Source of the DNA: Mobula hypostoma | Taxonomy: Eukaryota | DNA length: 64,000 nucleotides | Direction: 5' to 3' | NCBI RefSeq assembly: GCF_963921235.1 | Contig: NC_086108.1 | Span: 5,580,001 to 5,644,000 of the forward strand | Part shown: one piece after another, positions 23,301-35,629 of the stretch | Numbering within the stretch: position 1 is the first letter of the stretch | How the letters are laid out: each line of letters begins with the position of its first letter | Notes under the pieces: generated by a model | The model's input: only the letters and a program-made list of their open reading frames with translations | Database searches by the model: none | Told to the model about the DNA's origin: nothing | Position numbers and translations under genes: made by a program

Positions 23301-25384
23301 CCATGAAGGGTTGTCTATTGGTGGGCCCTCAGGTGGCTGTAGAGTCCAATCTAGAATAGACATTCTGGTGCAGTGGGCAAGAGTAAGTGAGGAGATGGCA
23401 GCTTTTCTATATGCACATAAAGAAATGCAGGGCTGAGGTCACAATCAGATCAGTTGTGATCTTATTAAATGGCTGAGCAGGCTTCAGTGCGTACACTGCT
23501 CTTTCAAATTTCTACAGATGTACCATTGAAAGCATTTTAACTGGCTGCATCACTGGTCTGGAATGGGGTGGGTGGGGGCACTACTGCACTGGATTGGAAT
23601 AAGCTACAGAGAGTTGTACACTTAGTCAGCTCTATCATGGGCACTAGCCTCCATAGTATCCAAGACATCTACAAGGAATCCATCATTCATGACCGTTCCA
23701 TCACCCAGGACATGCTCTCTTCTCATTGTTACCATCAGGGAGGAGGTACAGGAGCCTGAACGCACACACTCAATAATTCAGGAACAGCTTCTTCCCCTCT
23801 GCCATCTGATTTCTGAATGGACATTGAACCCATGAACACTACCTCACTTTTTTTTTGCACTACTTATTTAACTTTTTAATATACATGTATTTAGTGTAAT
23901 CAGATCCCCAGCGATGGGTAAATAGCCCAATGGCTTGTGGGCAGCCTCAGGTGAGCCAAAAGCTATGGGAGTAAACCCAGACAGAAAATCCGGAGTGGAG
24001 CTCCTGCAGACAAGCTGATGCCAAACTTATTGCTTTGCTTTCCTTCGGACTACACCGGTCAGACCAAGTGGGACCTTGGTGACTGGGCATTCCAGGATCT
24101 CCATACCTTCCAGCCAGGCTTGTGCCCGGAAGAGGTCAGCCCAGTACTGCTGTTCACAGCGACAGAACCAACAAGGGAGGCAGCAGGTACGAGCAATACG
24201 CCAATTGGTGAGGGCTTAGGTAATGGGCACAATGAACTGTCTTTGAGCGTGGGAGGAATTATTGTGCTGACACGCCAGTCTGCCTGCCCATTGTCCTCTG
24301 AGACAGACAGATGTCATCATTTACTGTAATCCACAGATTGGTTATTATGTATTGCAATGTACTGCTACATAACAACACATTCCACAACATATGCTGGTGA
24401 ATTTGAATCTGATTCTGAATACCTAGAACTGGAGAGCCTTGACACAAACAGGAAACACTGGTCGTCCAGCTGTAACACTAGGTAAATAGTACCTTTGTAC
24501 ACATGATAATTATAAGCATGTGACATCCTTGTCTTGTATACTCTTCATTACACATCAAATCATTACACAGTGCGTTGAGGTCGTACAGGGAAAGCAATAC
24601 CTGCTCATAGACTCTTCGTCCTACTCCCATCAATGAAGATGCAACACGCCATCCATACCAGGACCACCAGACTCAAAAACAACTACTAACACCAAGTGCT
24701 CAAGCTGATCAACACCTCCACCCATTAACCCACATAACCTCTACTACATACACATTACCTAGTGTCACTTTATGTACATGCAATTATTCTATGTGTATAA
24801 TGTTATTGGCACATTGTGTTTTATAGGATTGCTTTTATTTATTAGAGTCAGCAATGTACAGGACAGGAACGGGCCTTTCGGCACGTCTAGCCCATGCCAA
24901 ACTATTTAAACTGCCTACACCCATTGACCTGCACCAGGACCATAGCCCTCCATATACCTACCATCCACGTACCTACCCAAACTTCTCTTAAACTTTGAAA
25001 TTGAGCTTGCATGCACCACTCATGCTGCCAGCTTGTTCCACATTCTCATGACCCTCATGTTCCCCTTAAACTTTTCACCTTTCACCCTTAACCCATGACG
25101 TCTAGCTGTAGTCCCACTCAATCTCTGTAGAAAAAGCGTGCTTGCATTTACTCTCTACACCCCTCATAATTTTGTATACCCCTATCGAATCCCCCCTCAT
25201 CTTCTACATTTGAAGTAATAAAGTCCTAACCTATTCAATCTTTCTTTATACTCAGGTTCTCCAGTCCTGGCGACATCCTTGTAAATTTTCTCTGGACTTC
25301 ACATCCTTTCTGTAGGTGGGTGACCAAAACTGCACACAGTACTCCAAATCAGGATACACCAGTGTCTTATACAACTTCACCAAA

Positions 25385-26736
25385 TCATCACTGGTACAGC
25401 CAATTAGTTTTAGAAGTCACATAATTAGTTAATTTGAAATCTGTGTGAATTTAAGGTGTTTCAATTGATTATAGTAAAAATACACCTGTATCAGGAAGGA
25501 CCAACTGCTGGTGGGTCAGTATCCTGGCAAAAACTACACCATGAAGCCAAAAGGGCACTCCAAGCATCTCTGTGAGAAGGTTACTGAAAAACACAATTCA
25601 GGAGATGGATACAAGAAAATTTCCAAGTCAATGACTATCCCTTGGAGTACAGTTAAGTCAATCATCAAGAAATGGAAAGAATCTGACATGGCTGTAAGTC
25701 TCCCTTAGAGCAGGCCGTCCTCAAAAACTGAGTGACCGTCCAAGAAGGGGACTAGTGAGGGAGGCCACCAAGAGACCTATGACAACTCTGGAGGAGTTAC
25801 AAGCTTCAGTGGCTGAGATGGGAGAGACTGTGCATACAACAGCTGTTACCCGGGTGCTTCACGAGTTGCAGTTTTATGGGATAGTGGCAAAGAGGAAGCC
25901 ACTGTTGAAAAAAGATCATATGAAATCTCAGCTAGAGTTTGCCAGAAGGCATGTGAGAGACTCTGAAGTCAGCTGGAAGAAGGTTCTATGGTCTGATGAA
26001 ACCAAAATTTGAGCTTTTTGGCCATCAGACTAAATGCTATATTTGGCGTCAGACACCGCACATCAGCAAACATACATCATTGCTACTGTGAAGCATGGTG
26101 GCTGCATCATGCTGGGGGGATGCTTCACTGCTGCGGGTCCTGGAGAGTTTGTGAAGGTAGAGGGTAAAGTCAATGCAGCAAAATACAGGGGGATCCTGGA
26201 GGAAAACCTGATATAGTCTGCAAGAGAACTACAACTTGGGAGAAGATTTGTTTTCCAGCAAGACAATGACCCCAAGCATAAAGCCAAAGCTACACAGGAA
26301 TGGCTTTAAAACAACAAAGTTAATGTCCTGGAGTGGCCAAGTCAGAGTCCAGACCTCAATTCAATTGAGAACTTGTGGCTGGACTTAAAAGGGGCTGTTC
26401 ACTCACGATCCCCATGCAATCTGACAGAGCTTGAGCAGTTTTGTAAAGAAGAATGGGGAAAAATTGCAATGTCCAGATGTGCAAAGCTGATAGAGACCTA
26501 TCCACATAGACTCAAGGCTGGAATTGCTGCCAACGGTGCTTCTACTAAATGCTAACTTTTTGTAATTAATTCAGATCTTTTTTTTAAGGTCTGTTTTCAC
26601 TTTGTCACAAACAGCCTTTTTCTGTTGATCAGTGTCAAAAAAAAGCCGAATTAAATCCACTGTGATTCAATGTTTTAAAAGAATAAAACCTGAGAATTTC
26701 CAAAGGGGGGAGGGTGAATACCTTTTATGGGCACTG
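25385..26736 (+). mobile_element. Tc1-family DD34E transposon relic, left TIR missing, transposase pseudogene (about 25541-26555)
   Basis: Paired-like HTH (GDGYKKISKS..IPWSTVKSIIKKW), [18 protein letters not shown] and SPDLNSIE with 34-residue spacing. Contains stops and frameshifts; right TIR ends ...gggcactg. Confidence 0.9.
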
Positions 26737-28320
26737 TGTGTCCTTGCTGGTGGGTAGGCTGGTGCTGGTGATGTATTGGGCAGTTTTGACTACCTAGTCT
26801 TGTCTGCCGCAGTGCAGTTTCCATTCCGTGCAGCGTTGCAGCATGTTAGGATGCTCTCCACTGCATATCTGTAGAATGACATGAGCATAGATGTGCAAAG
26901 TCCAGCTCTCTTCAGCCTCCTCAGAAAGCAGAGGCACTGGTGAGCTTTCCTGACTGTGGAGGAGATGTTCTGGGGCCATGAGAGGTTGTGTGAGATGAGC
27001 ACTCCCAGGGATTACACACTGCCTGTTGCACAGCTGGCATTCAGGGCAGCAATGAAGGTTCCCCATCTCCATCTGTCCTTGGCCATCTTCTCTCTTGTGT
27101 CCCAGGTGTGATTCAGGGTCCTCATTTCTGCCTCTACAGCTAGCTTACCAGTGTTGTACAAGATTTGTACATACCAAAAACAATATTAGTCTTAGTTCTG
27201 GCAGTGTTCAGGGCTTCCTTCAACGTGCCAGTAGATTGTTCTCCATTTTCACTGCTGTCAGTCATGAAAATCCCAGGTGGAGACTTAGGAATACCATCAC
27301 ACTCAGATGTAGGATTCTTCATTCCTGTTTCCATAACAATTTGTTTTACCCGTCAGGGTTGTTAGCCCTGAGCTGAACCCCTGAACCTGGAGGACCAGTG
27401 GACCACTCTTAGTCTGGCCTCTACCCTTTGATCTATTTGGCATGGGTGACCTGACCAAGAGCCAAAGCACAGGCCCTAACTCCATCCACCATAGCTCTCC
27501 GGGTCATTGAGGCATGAAAGACTCCAAACCCTACAACAAGGTTGTGGTCCTCTTTGAGGTGTTGACATTGAGGAGGTGGTTATTTACCTGGCACCTGGCC
27601 TCAAGTTCTTCCACCTCATCCCTGTAGGCCGTCTCACTGTTGTGTGATTGGCAAACCTGACGATATGATTGCTCGGGAGTTTCCACAGTGCAGCACTCGC
27701 AAGGATATTAAACTAAAACATCTCAGTAACTCTCCACAGCTGCTGAGTAGTTTCCACCTTTTTTGCTTAATTAGCTCTTGCCCCAGTTTTTGAATCTTCT
27801 CCCCATTTCTGCATCTTGCAGCCTCTCAGCCACCACTGATTTCCTCTCACCTTCATCTTCCTAGGCTCTGACCTTCCCTTCCAGTTTTTCCCATTGCACC
27901 GCCTTCATTGTAACTTTCAAAACTTACTGCTTTGGCAAGGTTACCAATCAACTGTCCTAATTTTCACTTGGGTATGTCACCAAAGACACTTGCGTTTCCA
28001 TCGTGGAGAGAGTTCCAACTGGCCACATCACTGTCTGGTATGGGGGTGGGGCACTGGACAGGCTCAAAACAAACTGCAAAGAGTGGTAGAATTAGTCAGC
28101 TCCATCATGGCCACTGATCTCCCCAGCATCCAGGACATCGATGCCTCAAAAAGTCAACGTCCATCATAGGGGACTCACATCAGCCAAGACATGCCCTCTT
28201 CTCATTGCTACCATTAGGGAGGAGGTACAGGAGCCTGAAGACACACACTCAAAAATTCAGTAACGGCTTCTTCCCCTCTGTCATCTGATTTCTAAATGGA
28301 CATTGAACCCATGAACACTA

Positions 28321-28794
28321 TATTGGAACCCTATTTTTTAAAATAATACTTTTTATAAGATATGTACTTTTTAACAAACTCATGTATTTTTCACAGTACG
28401 TGGTGGTCCATCCCCACTCACTGGCAGAAAGCGGTATAGCAGCTAAACTAACGGTTTATCACCTTTCTTATTTTTCATTGGCTAAGTATTAACACATTAC
28501 CACGTGATGAATTGTTTTAATTAATCAATGTAACTAGTAACCTGTAACTAGTTTATTCCTATCTAAGGGATTTTATCTTATTATAAAAGTGATAGATTTT
28601 TCAGAAGTGCCATCTTTTTCCTTTGTCTTTGCACCACACACCTCTTAGCATCACTTCTCGGCTCTTTATCTAGTTTGCTTAGACTTGTATGTTTGCACTC
28701 TAAAATAAACTGAAATCTTGGAATTAAGAGTGCTCACCATTCCTGACTCCCAGAAGAACCCTAAGGATCAGAAAATAAACAGAGATCCAAAACA
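28321..28794 (+). mobile_element. Possible solo LTR interrupting a LINE tail
   Basis: Imperfect inverted termini (tattgga...tccaaaaca); ATTGG at 28477, TATAAAAG at 28582-28589, AATAAA at 28704-28709. Confidence 0.4.
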
Positions 28795-31158
28795 ACTTAT
28801 TTACTCTTACTTACTTTGACTATTATATATATGCACACTTAGTGTAATTTACACTTTATATTACGCATTGCTGCCACATAACGACAAATTTCACAACATC
28901 TGCCTGTGATATTAAACCTAATTTTGATTCTGATGCTGCTTTTGACATGCTTTTAAAATTTATCTTTCATAAGAAGCACTATGAGATTGTTTGTGTGAAA
29001 CTTGTTGTATCTAGAAATCCAATCCAATGACAGATCACTCTTGACAGATTTATTTGTTCTTTCAGTACAACACGTACATTTTTGAATAGAAAAACTTTTT
29101 AAATGAAGTATATGTATCTACAATTCTGACCTTCCTTGTGTCATGCACTTGTTTACTATAATCTGGTGACAAGCCAGTTCTCCTCTCCTCAGTAACACAG
29201 TAGTGAACCTGTACAGATTCACTCCTTGGTGTGTGTGTTAAGCGATTTACCAGAAAACTTTCAACACTCTAGAATGCACCTTGTACTGGACTGAACAATT
29301 TCTCTTGTTGCGATTAGAAGGATGCAAGATTGAATCCTAGGACCAGAGGACGCAGCATCAGAATATAGGGGCGTCCTTTTAGAACCGAGATGAAGAGGAA
29401 TTTCTTTAGTCAGAGAGTGGCGAATCTGTGGAACTTGTTGCCACAGGCACGTCATTGGGTATATTTAAGGCAGAGGTTGATAGATTCTTGATTAGTCAGG
29501 GCACGAGGAGAAGGTAGGAGATTGGTTCTGAAAGGGAAAATGGATCAGCCATGATGAAATGGCAGAGCAGACTCAATGGGCCAAATGGCCTTCTCCTCCT
29601 ATGTCTTCTGGTCTTATGATCTAAGATTGTACTAATTATAAAATAAATTATGATTTATTTAAGTTTTGATTTCCAAAAAATCCTTTTTTTTCAAGATAGC
29701 GCCGAGCTGTGGACTCTGCTGAGATCATGCCCAGACTTAGTTGTTTTTTTGACACCACAGACCGTAAGATATAGGAGCAGGATTAGGCCATTTGGCCACT
29801 CTAGTCTGAGTCTGCTCCACCGTTTCATCATTGCTGATCCATTTCCCTCTCAGACCCAATCCACTGCCTTCTCCCCGTATCCGTTCATTCCGGACTAATC
29901 AAGAACTGATTAATCTCTCCCTCAAATATACCCAATGACTTGTCCTCCACAGTTGCACTGTGGCAACGAATTCCAGAGATTAACCACTCTCCCAGTAAAG
30001 AAATTCCTCATCTCCATTCAAAATAGGCATCCCTCTATTCTGAGGCTGTGTCCTCTGGTCTTAGACTCCCCCACCGTAGGAAATATCCTCTCCACGTCCA
30101 CTCTATCGAGGCCTTTCAACATTCGATAGGTTTTAATGAGGTTCTATCCACTCCCCCCCCCCGCCCAAACTCATTTAAATTCCAGTGTGTACAGGACCAG
30201 AGCCATTAAACACTCCTCTTATGACAAGCCCTTGAACCCTGGAATCGTTTTCGTGAAACCTCTCCAATGTCAGCAAGTCCTTTCTTAGATATGGAGCGCG
30301 AAACTGCTCACAATACCCCAAGTGAGGCCTCGCCAGTGCCTCAACATTACACCCTTGCTTCTATATTCTAGTCCAATTCTGATCATAGGGATGGTTTTGG
30401 GGATAGAAGGTGAGAGTTAGTGGTCACATTAGGGTTTTGGGACAATGATGCAGAGGAGCTATGCTCTGTGTTCGAAGTCCAGCAATCTGGAGAGAAGACA
30501 AAAGGTACCTGTGGTCTAGGTCTCCACTCCCTGTTCGAAGTCCCACAACGTGAACTTGGGACAAAAAGACAGCGAGGGGGTGAGTGCATGGAACACCCTT
30601 CCGGGGGTGGCGGTAGACACAGGTACATTCAGGACATTTAACAAACTCTTAGATAGGCACATGGATGAAAGAAAAATGGGGGACTACAGAAGAGGGAAGG
30701 ATTAGATTGATCTTCGAGTAGGTTGAAGGGTCAGCAGAATATTGTGGGCTGACAGGGCCCGTACTGTGCTGTTCTAAGTTCGATTTCAGCTTTCGTTCTT
30801 TCACAGGGATGGCTTGGTTAGCACACTCACTTCATTCCGCGCTGCTGCCTGTAATGAGTTTGAACGTTCTCACCATGACCGTGTGGGGTTCAGTGCTCCA
30901 GTTTCCTCCCACAGTCCAAAGATGCACCGGTTGGTAGATTAACTGGTCATTGAAAATTGTCCCGTGATTAGGCTAGGATTAAATCGGGGGATTGCTGGAT
31001 GGCTTAGCTGGAAGGGCCTATTCCACACAGTATCTCAACAATTAATTAACTTTGCTCCATTTGATTATTTTATGCAAGTTGTTTCTTTTTAATACCACAC
31101 CCTTATTTGACTCTGTACTTTTGTATCTGTACTAAACAGTCTACCATTCAAGTGTTCA

Positions 31159-31679
31159 GTGGGGCGTCCACTGGTCAGGGTTAACAATGAATGTTGTATC
31201 TTAGCCGTCTAGATATGCAACACGGAAAGCAAGCTGTTTTCCATGTAGCAAGCTCCCCTCTCCACGCACCTAATGAACCCAAAGGAATGGAAGAGACTGA
31301 TCAGAGTTTGGCACCAGTGGAGTCGCCGAGGTTGCCGGCCAGCTCCGGACTTTTCCCCTCATGGATTTACTCCTGAAGCCTTCCCCGGCCGTGGGTATAG
31401 CTACAAGGCAGCGGAGGTTTGAGATCAGAGTTTTCCTTCTCCTAGATGAGTCTATCTGTCCGAAGCAACCGGTTTTAAGGAGCCGGTAACCTGCATTTTC
31501 TCCTTTCCCTGCCAGTAGAAAGAGTTGTGTCAGGCTTAGTAGCTAAGCCACATGTGAAGGCCAGGAGCTGGACTTGGTTGTCAGAGGCTACTTGAGGTGC
31601 ACACCATTGGGAGCATTTATTATGCAGTGGGAGCTTGTCCCCATTAACACCCCCGGCTATAACAACCTTAATGAACCTG
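31159..31679 (-). mobile_element. Unclassified retroposed insertion, probably RTE-related
   Basis: 12-bp TSD ttcaagtgttca at 31147-31158 and 31680-31691; internal ctaggagaaggaaaactctga motif on the minus strand. Confidence 0.55.
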
Positions 31680-31698
31680 TTCAAGTGTTCACAGTTTG

Positions 31699-31704
31699 TT
31701 TATT
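31699..31704 (-). terminator. Candidate poly(A) signal of the WDR92-like gene
   Basis: AATAAA on the minus strand about 245 nt after the stop codon. Confidence 0.4.
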
Positions 31705-31947
31705 TAACACAGCAGCCATCATGACATGAGCTGAGAAGCCATTGCATTGAAAAATACCGTTTATCTCAACTCAATTACAATAAATTCCTGTTAACAAAAT
31801 ACAGTATTGTCACTTCTGACACCTCACACCTGAGGGCCTTTCACGATCAAAAAGAAAGCCCTTGATGAGTCAATAGACTGCTAAGCTTCAAGTAGTAAAG
31901 ATTGTTCTAACTGCCACCTCCAACTTCTATGCTGCCCACTGTTCCAC

Positions 31948-32155
31948 CTAGAAGGTTTGCTGGTCTGCGATGAAGATGATGTGGACCTTGCGGTCAAAGG
32001 ATGCAGAGATACAGAGGCCTTGCTTATCGCTGTTCCAATCCAGGCTTCCAATGGGCTGTGAGGAGAGGGAGATGCTGTTCAGGAGGGTGGGACTTGTGGA
32101 TTCCTTGTCCTCTCGCTCATGGTTAGTCCTTTCATGCAGTGTTGAAGAATTGCTG
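31948..32155 (-). CDS. DNAAF10: WDR92/DNAAF10-like last coding exon (208 nt, TAG stop)
   Basis: ...LLNSISLSSQPIGSLDWNSDKQGLCISASFDRKVHIIFIADQQTF*. Acceptor tctctccag|cag| is a NAGNAG (alternative start 32152); phase 2 fits exon 7. Confidence 0.85.
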
Positions 32156-32174
32156 CTGGAGAGACAGAGAAAAA

Positions 32175-33440
32175 TGAACACAAGATGCTGGGGGAAGTCA
32201 GCAGGTCAAGCAGCATCTGTGGAAGTGAATAAACAGTCAACGTTTCAGGCTGAGATCCTTCTTCAGGACTGAGAAGGAAGGGGGAAGATGCCAAAATAAA
32301 AATGTTTGGTGGGGACATGTTTGGGGGGAGGACAAGCTAGAAAGTGACAGGTGAAGCCAGGTGGATGGGGAAGATAAAGGGCTGGGGAGGAAGAATCTGA
32401 TAGGTGAGGAGAGTGGACCAGACGAGAAAGGGAAGGAGGAGGGGAACCAGGGGGTGGTGAAAGGCAGCTGAGAAGAGGTAAGAGGCCAGAATGAGAAATA
32501 GAAGAAGGGAAGGGGAGGGATATTTTTAGCAGAAGGAGAAATCAATATTAATACCATCAGGTTGGAGGCTACCCAGACAGAATATAAGGTGTTGCTCCTG
32601 CACCCTGAGGGTAGCCTCATCGTGGCACAAGAGGAGGCCATGGATCAACACATCAGAACGGGAACGGGAATCGACATTAAAATGCTTGGCCACTGGGAAG
32701 GTCTACTTTTGGCGGATGGAGTAGAGATGCTTGACAAAGTGGTCCCCCAATTTACAGTGGATCTCACCAGTGTAGAGCAGGCACATCAGGAGCACCGGAC
32801 ACAATAGAGGACCCCAGCAGATTCACAGGGGACGTGTTGCCTCACCTGGAAGGACGGTTTGGGGCCCGAATGAAGGTGAATGGGCAGGTGTAGCATTTCT
32901 GTCACTTACAGGGACAAGTGCCAGGAGGGAGAAGAGTAGGGAAGGTCAGTGGAAGGCATCATGGAGGGAGCGATCCCTGTGGAAAGGAGAGGAAGGGAGG
33001 TAAAGATACTTTTAGTGATAGGATCCTTTTGGAAATGGCAGAAGTTGCAGAGGATGACCTGTTGGATGCAGAGGCTCATGGGGTGGTGGGTGAGGACACG
33101 AGGAACTCTGTCACTTAAGGTGGAGGGAAGATGGGGTCAGAACAGATGTTTGGGAAATGGAGGAGATGCAGGTGAGGACAGCATCAGTAGTGGAGGAAGG
33201 GAAACCCAGTTCTTTGAAGAGGAAGGCCGTCTCTGATGCCCTGGAAAAGAAAGCTGCATCCTGAGAACAGATATCACCGAGGCGAAGGAACTGAGAAAAG
33301 GCAATAGCATTTTTCCAGGAAACAGGGTGGGAAGGGGTGTAGTCAAGATAACCATGGGAATTGGTAGGTTTATAAAAGATATCTGTTGACAATTTGTCTC
33401 CAGAGATTGAGAAAGAGGAGAGAGGTGTCAGAAATGGTAA
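32175..33440 (-). mobile_element. Penelope-like retroelement 3' fragment (RT thumb, GIY-YIG remnant, 3' end with hammerhead)
   Basis: TDIFYKPTNSHGYLDYTPSHPVSWKNAIAFSQFLRL RT C-terminal motif; decayed GIY-YIG around 32700-32850; typical 3' end. Frameshifted. Confidence 0.85.
32234..32271 (-). ncRNA. Minimal type I hammerhead ribozyme of the Penelope element
   Basis: Minus strand reads CAGUC CUGAAGA AGG-AUCUCAG-CCU GAAA CGUU GACUG: 5-bp helix I, intact CUGANGA and GAAA core, 3-bp helix II, palindromic ACGU helix III, GUU cleavage triplet. Confidence 0.65.
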
Positions 33441-34819
33441 AAGATGCTTGGGACAGAGCCACAGAAGGTCTGTTTCGGCTGCTTGGCTCAGTGGGGCCAC
33501 CATGTCAAGGAGCTTCTGCTGTGAATGATGTGGTGGTTCGAGGCCAGCTTGGGAGGCTTTGGAGCTGTGCTGTACTGGTCTGTGTTTCAAGGTTCTTGGG
33601 TTCAAAAGGGGTATGCACCTGAATATGAATAGGACTATTTTAGACAGACCCTGCAATGTTAAATAGACCAGTAACTTTATTACAGAGCTACAAGAGCAGA
33701 AGGACTGACAATGGGAGTGAACCGAAATAATCATAAGGCCATGAGATATCGGAACAGTAGTAGACCATTCCACTCACCGAGTCTGCCCCAACATGATTGA
33801 TTTATTTGCCCTCTCAACCCCATTCTTCTGCCTCATTGCCACCCTTATTAAACAATCTCCGCTTTAAACATACGCAGTGACTTGGCCTCCACAGCTACAT
33901 GTGACAACAAATTCCACAGATTCGCCACTCTCTGACTAAAGAAATTCCTCAACTCCATTCTAAATGGACGTCCTTGTATTCTGAGGCTGTGCAATTCTCC
34001 CACTATTGGAAACATCCCTGCAAGTCATCTTTATCTAGGCCAGGGGGTTCCCAACCGTTTTTTTTGCCACGGATTCCTACCATAACCATTAACATTAAGC
34101 CCCTGGTCCAGGCCTATCAATATTTTGTAGGATTTAATGAGATTCCCCACACCCCATTCTTCTAAACTCCAGTGCATACAGGTCCAAAACCATCAAGCTC
34201 CCTTTATAGCTTAACCCCTTCATGCCCGGGATCATTCTTGCCAACCTTCTCTGAACCCTCTCCAATGCCAGCACATCCCTGTCTTAGATAAAACTACTCA
34301 CAATACTCCAGACATGGTCTGACCAGTGCCTTAAACAGCCTCAGCATTACATCCCTGCCTTTATATTCTAGTCCTCACAAAATGAATGCTAACATTGCAT
34401 TTGCCTCCCTTGCTACCAACTCATGCTGCACGAGGACTCCTGGGATCCTTTGCACCTCTGATTTGTGAGTTTTCTCCCCGTTTAGAAAACAGTCCATGCT
34501 TTTACTCCTTTTATCACAGTACATGACCATACACTTTCCAACACTGTATTCCATCTGCCACTTCTTTAGCCTTTCTCCTGATCTGCAGGCCCTTCTGCAG
34601 ACTCCTTGCTTCCTCAATGTTACCTGCCCCCTTCACTTAACGTTTCTCATTTTCAGACCTGTATCCCCCATCCCCAGACCATTTGAATTCGAACCTTCTC
34701 ACACCTTGCCTGATGCCCTCCAGACACCTTTCTGTGACATCTGGTGGCTGGGAAGCGAGTAACTTCCGCTTTCACCCCATCCCAGGCTCCCAAGTTCTGC
34801 CCAAGCAACTGAAGCCAGA

Positions 34820-35440
34820 GGACACGAAATGCTGGAGGAACTCTGCAGGTCAGGCAATATCTTTCGAAGTGAATAAACAGTCGACGTTTCACGCTGTGAC
34901 TGAAAAGGAAGGATTAATTGCCAGAATAAAAAGGTGGGGGGAAGGGAAGGAGTACAAGCCGGTAGGTGATAGGTGAAGCCGGGCGGTTGGGGGAGGGGAA
35001 ATGAAGTAAGAATCTGGGAGGTGATAGGTGGAAAAAGTAAAGGATAGGAGAAAAAGAAATCTGACAGAAGAGTGAAACATGGGAGAAAGGGAAGGAGGAG
35101 GGGATACCGGGGGTGGGGGGGTGGTGATAGGCAGGTGAAGAGAAGTGACAAGAGGCTAGAGTGGGGAAGTGAAGAAGAGCAAAAGAGGAGAGGGTAAAAT
35201 TACTGTAAGTTGGAGAAATCAATGTTCATGCCATCTGGTTGGAGGCTACCCAGATGGGATAGGACGTGTGGCTCCTGCAGCTTGAGAGTCGCCTCAGTGT
35301 GGCAGTAGAGGAAGCCATGAGAATGGGGATAGGAACATGGGAACATGTTGGAATGAGGAGAGGAACATGTTGGAATGGGAATGGGATAGGAATTAAAGTG
35401 ATTGGCCACTGGGAACTCGCACTGTTTTTGTGATCAGAAC
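34820..35440 (-). mobile_element. Penelope-like element 3' fragment
   Basis: Same 3' sequence as 32175-32700 (atgccatctggttggaggctaccc, purine-rich UTR, aaatgctggaggaactc end). The hammerhead region is partly deleted. Confidence 0.75.
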
Positions 35441-35531
35441 AGAGATGTCCAACATATCGGTCTCCCTCCCCACTGTGCTCACCAGACCCCAGCACCCTCG
35501 GCCCCTGCCAATACAAGAGGCAGCCACTCAC

Positions 35532-35629
35532 TGTTTCCAGAGGTGCAGACTCCCAGCTCCTCCACTTGTTACGAAGATGGATCGATTCTGAGGGAGGTGC
35601 CTCACTGTCCATGCTGTGGATCTGTATGG
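35532..35629 (-). CDS. DNAAF10: WDR92/DNAAF10-like coding exon 7 (98 nt)
   Basis: [32 protein letters not shown]; weak acceptor ggtgaag|, donor |gtgagt. Confidence 0.85.
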
